Positions 61,338-64,000 of a stretch of 64,000 bases of DNA are shown here, in pieces (position 1 is the stretch's first letter; each line of letters starts with the position of its first letter). The stretch is from NCBI GenBank assembly GCA_963664115.2, contig CAXWPJ010000009.1, positions 384,001 through 448,000 on the forward strand, in the 5' to 3' direction. The stretch comes from Terriglobia bacterium (GTDB taxonomy: Bacteria > Acidobacteriota > Terriglobia > 20CM-2-55-15). The notes under the pieces are model-generated. The model saw nothing but the letters and a program-made list of their open reading frames with translations, did not search any database and had not been told where the DNA came from. Position numbers and translations under genes: made by a program.

Positions 61338-63119
61338 GTGGACGAATCGATGGAAAAGCGGATCCTTCTTTCTTTTGCGCTTTCGCTTGCCGTTCTGATG
61401 GCCTTCAGCTGGGCGTTTAGCCCGCCACCGCCTCCCCCTGAAGTTGTCCCCGAAACAGGCGATCAAGTTACTGCCCCAGATGAGACGCCGGCGCCGGAGA
61501 TTGAAAACCTTCCACCCGCCGCGACACAAAGCCCGGAGGTCCAGGAAGCGAGCAGTATCGCGGAGACCGCCATCGGGGCAGTTGAAAGTGAGGCGCTTCT
61601 CGAAGATCTGCGGGCGGAAAGGGTCGAGCAGATCCTCATTGACACGACACGCTTTGGAGTGCGCATCAGCAACGAAGGCGCGCGACTGGAAAGCGTTCAG
61701 TTGAGGGATTATGCGGGGACCGAGGGCGAACCGCTCGAACTGATCGGTCAAGACGCCGGTGAAAGCGTCGGATGGCCCCTGGCGATATCCACGGGCGATC
61801 CAGCAGTCGATGAGGCGATCGACAACGCGCTCTTCGTGGTCAACCGAAGCGGGAGCGGTGTGCGCCTGCGTTACCGGTCGGGGGGACTTCAAGTTGTTAA
61901 GGAGTTTCGATTCGATCCGGAGACGTACGCGCTAGAAGTTGAAGCGGATGTGACCCGGGAGGGCGTACCCGTTCCGTTTTCCCTCGTGCTTCAGGGGAAC
62001 ATTGGAGATCAGTCCCGCGATTATGAGCCCACGCTGACGAACATCGTTTACTTTGGGGCCGAGGAGTTTGAACGCATCAACGTCGGAAGTCTTGATGAGC
62101 CCCAGGGAATTACCCCGACGACATACGTGGGATTGGAAGACCAGTTTTTCCTCGCCATGCTTCGTCTGCCGGAAGGCACCGTCCCTGCAGTGACCGGAGT
62201 CGTCACGAATCCCGGAGCCGAGGACATCGTGCTTGCGCCACGCGTCCTGGTGCCCTACCCCGGCGAAGCGGTCACGGTTTATGTCGGTCCGAAACAGCAG
62301 GACGCCTTGCGTCAGGTTGATCCCTCACTTGTCGAAATGATCGACTACGGATTCTTCGCCGTTATCGTACGACCGTTGTTACTGGCCCTTTTGTGGATTC
62401 ATGGATACGTGGGCAACTTTGGCTGGGCCATCATCATCCTGACGCTCGGGATTAACGTCATCTTCTTCCCGCTCCGGCTGAAGCAGCAGTTGTCGATGCT
62501 GAAGATGCAGAAGATTCAGCCGCAAATGCGGACGCTCCAGGACAAGTACAAGAAGCTCAAGTCAAACGACCCGAGGCGGCAGGAAGTCCAGACCGAGATG
62601 ATGGGCCTCTATAAGAAACATGGCGTCAATCCAATGGGCGGCTGCCTACCCATCCTGCTGCAAATGCCGTTTCTCTTCGCCTTCTTCACTATGCTCAGAA
62701 CGTCTATTGAATTGCGTGGGGCGCCCTGGGCCCTGTGGATCACCGACCTGTCTGCCGCCGACCCCTACTATGTGATGCCGGTGCTCATGGGCGGGTCGAT
62801 GTTCGCGATGCAGAGCATGACTCCGATGATGGGAGATCCGATGCAGGCGAAGATCATGCGCCTGATGCCCCTCATGCTGATCGTGATGTTCGCCACCCAA
62901 TCAAGCGGATTGATGCTTTACTGGCTTACCGGAAACCTGGTGGGCGTGGCACAGCAATACTTCATCAACAAGCGTTACCGGAAAGAACCGGGGAAGAACA
63001 AGCAGGACAGTCAAAAAGAAGAAGAGGAACCACCCGCGGAGGCGATTGTGCCTGAGCTACTACCGCCCGGTGAACCCGCCGAGCCCAAACGCCGCCGCCG
63101 GGGCCACCGGAAGAGCTAG
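61338..63119 (+). CDS. yidC: Membrane protein insertase
   Basis: MEKRILLSF, YVGPK, IDYG, GNFGWAII, GVNPMGGCLPILLQMP, WITDLS..DP, LYWL; start may be ATG 61350. Confidence 0.95.
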   Translation: MDESMEKRILLSFALSLAVLMAFSWAFSPPPPPPEVVPETGDQVTAPDETPAPEIENLPPAATQSPEVQEASSIAETAIGAVESEALLEDLRAERVEQILIDTTRFGVRISNEGARLESVQLRDYAGTEGEPLELIGQDAGESVGWPLAISTGDPAVDEAIDNALFVVNRSGSGVRLRYRSGGLQVVKEFRFDPETYALEVEADVTREGVPVPFSLVLQGNIGDQSRDYEPTLTNIVYFGAEEFERINVGSLDEPQGITPTTYVGLEDQFFLAMLRLPEGTVPAVTGVVTNPGAEDIVLAPRVLVPYPGEAVTVYVGPKQQDALRQVDPSLVEMIDYGFFAVIVRPLLLALLWIHGYVGNFGWAIIILTLGINVIFFPLRLKQQLSMLKMQKIQPQMRTLQDKYKKLKSNDPRRQEVQTEMMGLYKKHGVNPMGGCLPILLQMPFLFAFFTMLRTSIELRGAPWALWITDLSAADPYYVMPVLMGGSMFAMQSMTPMMGDPMQAKIMRLMPLMLIVMFATQSSGLMLYWLTGNLVGVAQQYFINKRYRKEPGKNKQDSQKEEEEPPAEAIVPELLPPGEPAEPKRRRRGHRKS

Positions 63120-63218
63120 TTAGGAGTTAGGCGTTGTTGGTTAGAATCTCCTTTTTGTACCTTGGCTTTTAAGGCTTAACTCACAATTTCTATATTGCCC
63201 AAGGGCCGGTGCTGAGCA

Positions 63219-64000
63219 ATGCCCGATAAAGTCTATCCGGTTGATGACACCATCGTAGCGGTGTCGACTCCCCACGGGCGTGGCGGGATCGGCGTCATAC
63301 GCCTCTCGGGTCCGGACGCGCAGACTCTTGTCGAGAGGTCCTTTCGATCGAGCGAACCCTTTGAAGACCGGCGGGCGCGTTACGGGGTGTTCCACCCGGC
63401 GGGGGACGAGGCGCTCGACCGCGTCGTTGTAACATTCTTCAAAGCACCGCATTCCTACACTGGTGAAGACGTGGCGGAAATCAGCGCCCACGGTAACCCA
63501 TTGATATTAAATATGATTACTTCCGCGCTGGTCTCCGGCGGGGCCCGCCGGGCCGGGGCTGGGGAGTTCACCCTGCGGGCGCTGGCTCACGGCAAAATGG
63601 ATTTGGCCCAGGCCGAAGCTATTCGGGATTTCATTGATGCACAGACCCAAACCCAGGCGCGTGCCGCCATGCTTCAGATGGACGGGGCTCTGTCTAAGCG
63701 GATGCATCCGGAAAAGGAAGCGCTGGTCGGGGTGATCGCAGAGTTGGAAGCCGGTATCGATTTTGCTGAAGATGAGATCGAGCCGCCTGAACCGAAACGG
63801 GGCGCCGATCGAATTGCCACGATCGGCCGGAACCTGGCAGCGCTGGCTAACACGTTTCAGTACGGACGACTCCTGGGCAAAGGGCTGTGCCTTGCGATCG
63901 CGGGGAAGCCTAACGTTGGGAAGTCGAGCTTGTTTAATCGGCTGGTTTCGAACGACCGTGCGATCGTGACCGAATTTCCTGGTACAACGCGTGACGTCTT
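63219..64000 (+). CDS. mnmE: tRNA modification GTPase (partial, runs off the window)
   Basis: Manual translation: [40 protein letters not shown], in-frame [20 protein letters not shown]. Confidence 0.95.
   Translation, partial: MPDKVYPVDDTIVAVSTPHGRGGIGVIRLSGPDAQTLVERSFRSSEPFEDRRARYGVFHPAGDEALDRVVVTFFKAPHSYTGEDVAEISAHGNPLILNMITSALVSGGARRAGAGEFTLRALAHGKMDLAQAEAIRDFIDAQTQTQARAAMLQMDGALSKRMHPEKEALVGVIAELEAGIDFAEDEIEPPEPKRGADRIATIGRNLAALANTFQYGRLLGKGLCLAIAGKPNVGKSSLFNRLVSNDRAIVTEFPGTTRDV

Noticed and set aside
63120-63218. Absence of jag/khpB between yidC and mnmE
   Set aside because: Variable across bacteria; no remnant visible

Overview
A GC-rich bacterial chromosomal segment spanning the replication origin (gyrA-gyrB-dnaN-dnaA divergent from rpmH-rnpA-yidD-yidC-mnmE). 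Gene content (GWxTD protein, futalosine mqnA/mqnC, TonB-ExbB-ExbD-ExbD-TPR operon, zinc-finger/TonB-like anti-sigma) suggests Acidobacteriota; this is an inference. Most genes are housekeeping: rplM-rpsI-rpsB-tsf-pyrH-frr, murA, lpxB, tsaD, mtnA, gatB, rel, tgt-yajC-secD-secF, rpsU. The best candidate for an uncharacterised system lies at about 30.2-35.0 kb: a small membrane protein, an ECF sigma factor, a soluble zinc-binding anti-sigma-like protein and a 944-aa TPR-CHAT caspase-like protease with an intact His/Cys dyad. No CRISPR or cas genes accompany it in this window, and it is followed by a structured 134-bp tandem duplication. Other oddities are an IS256 transposase fragment fused in frame into a TPR lipoprotein between 25-bp direct repeats, a G8-tract frameshift in a TPR/double aspartyl-protease gene, a phosphotransacetylase homologue lacking its catalytic Ser-Arg, a sigma54 promoter before a PDZ histidine kinase/NtrC-family pair, and several short intergenic repeat families. 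I recognised no tRNA, rRNA or CRISPR array. All calls come from reading motifs by eye; no database searches were run.
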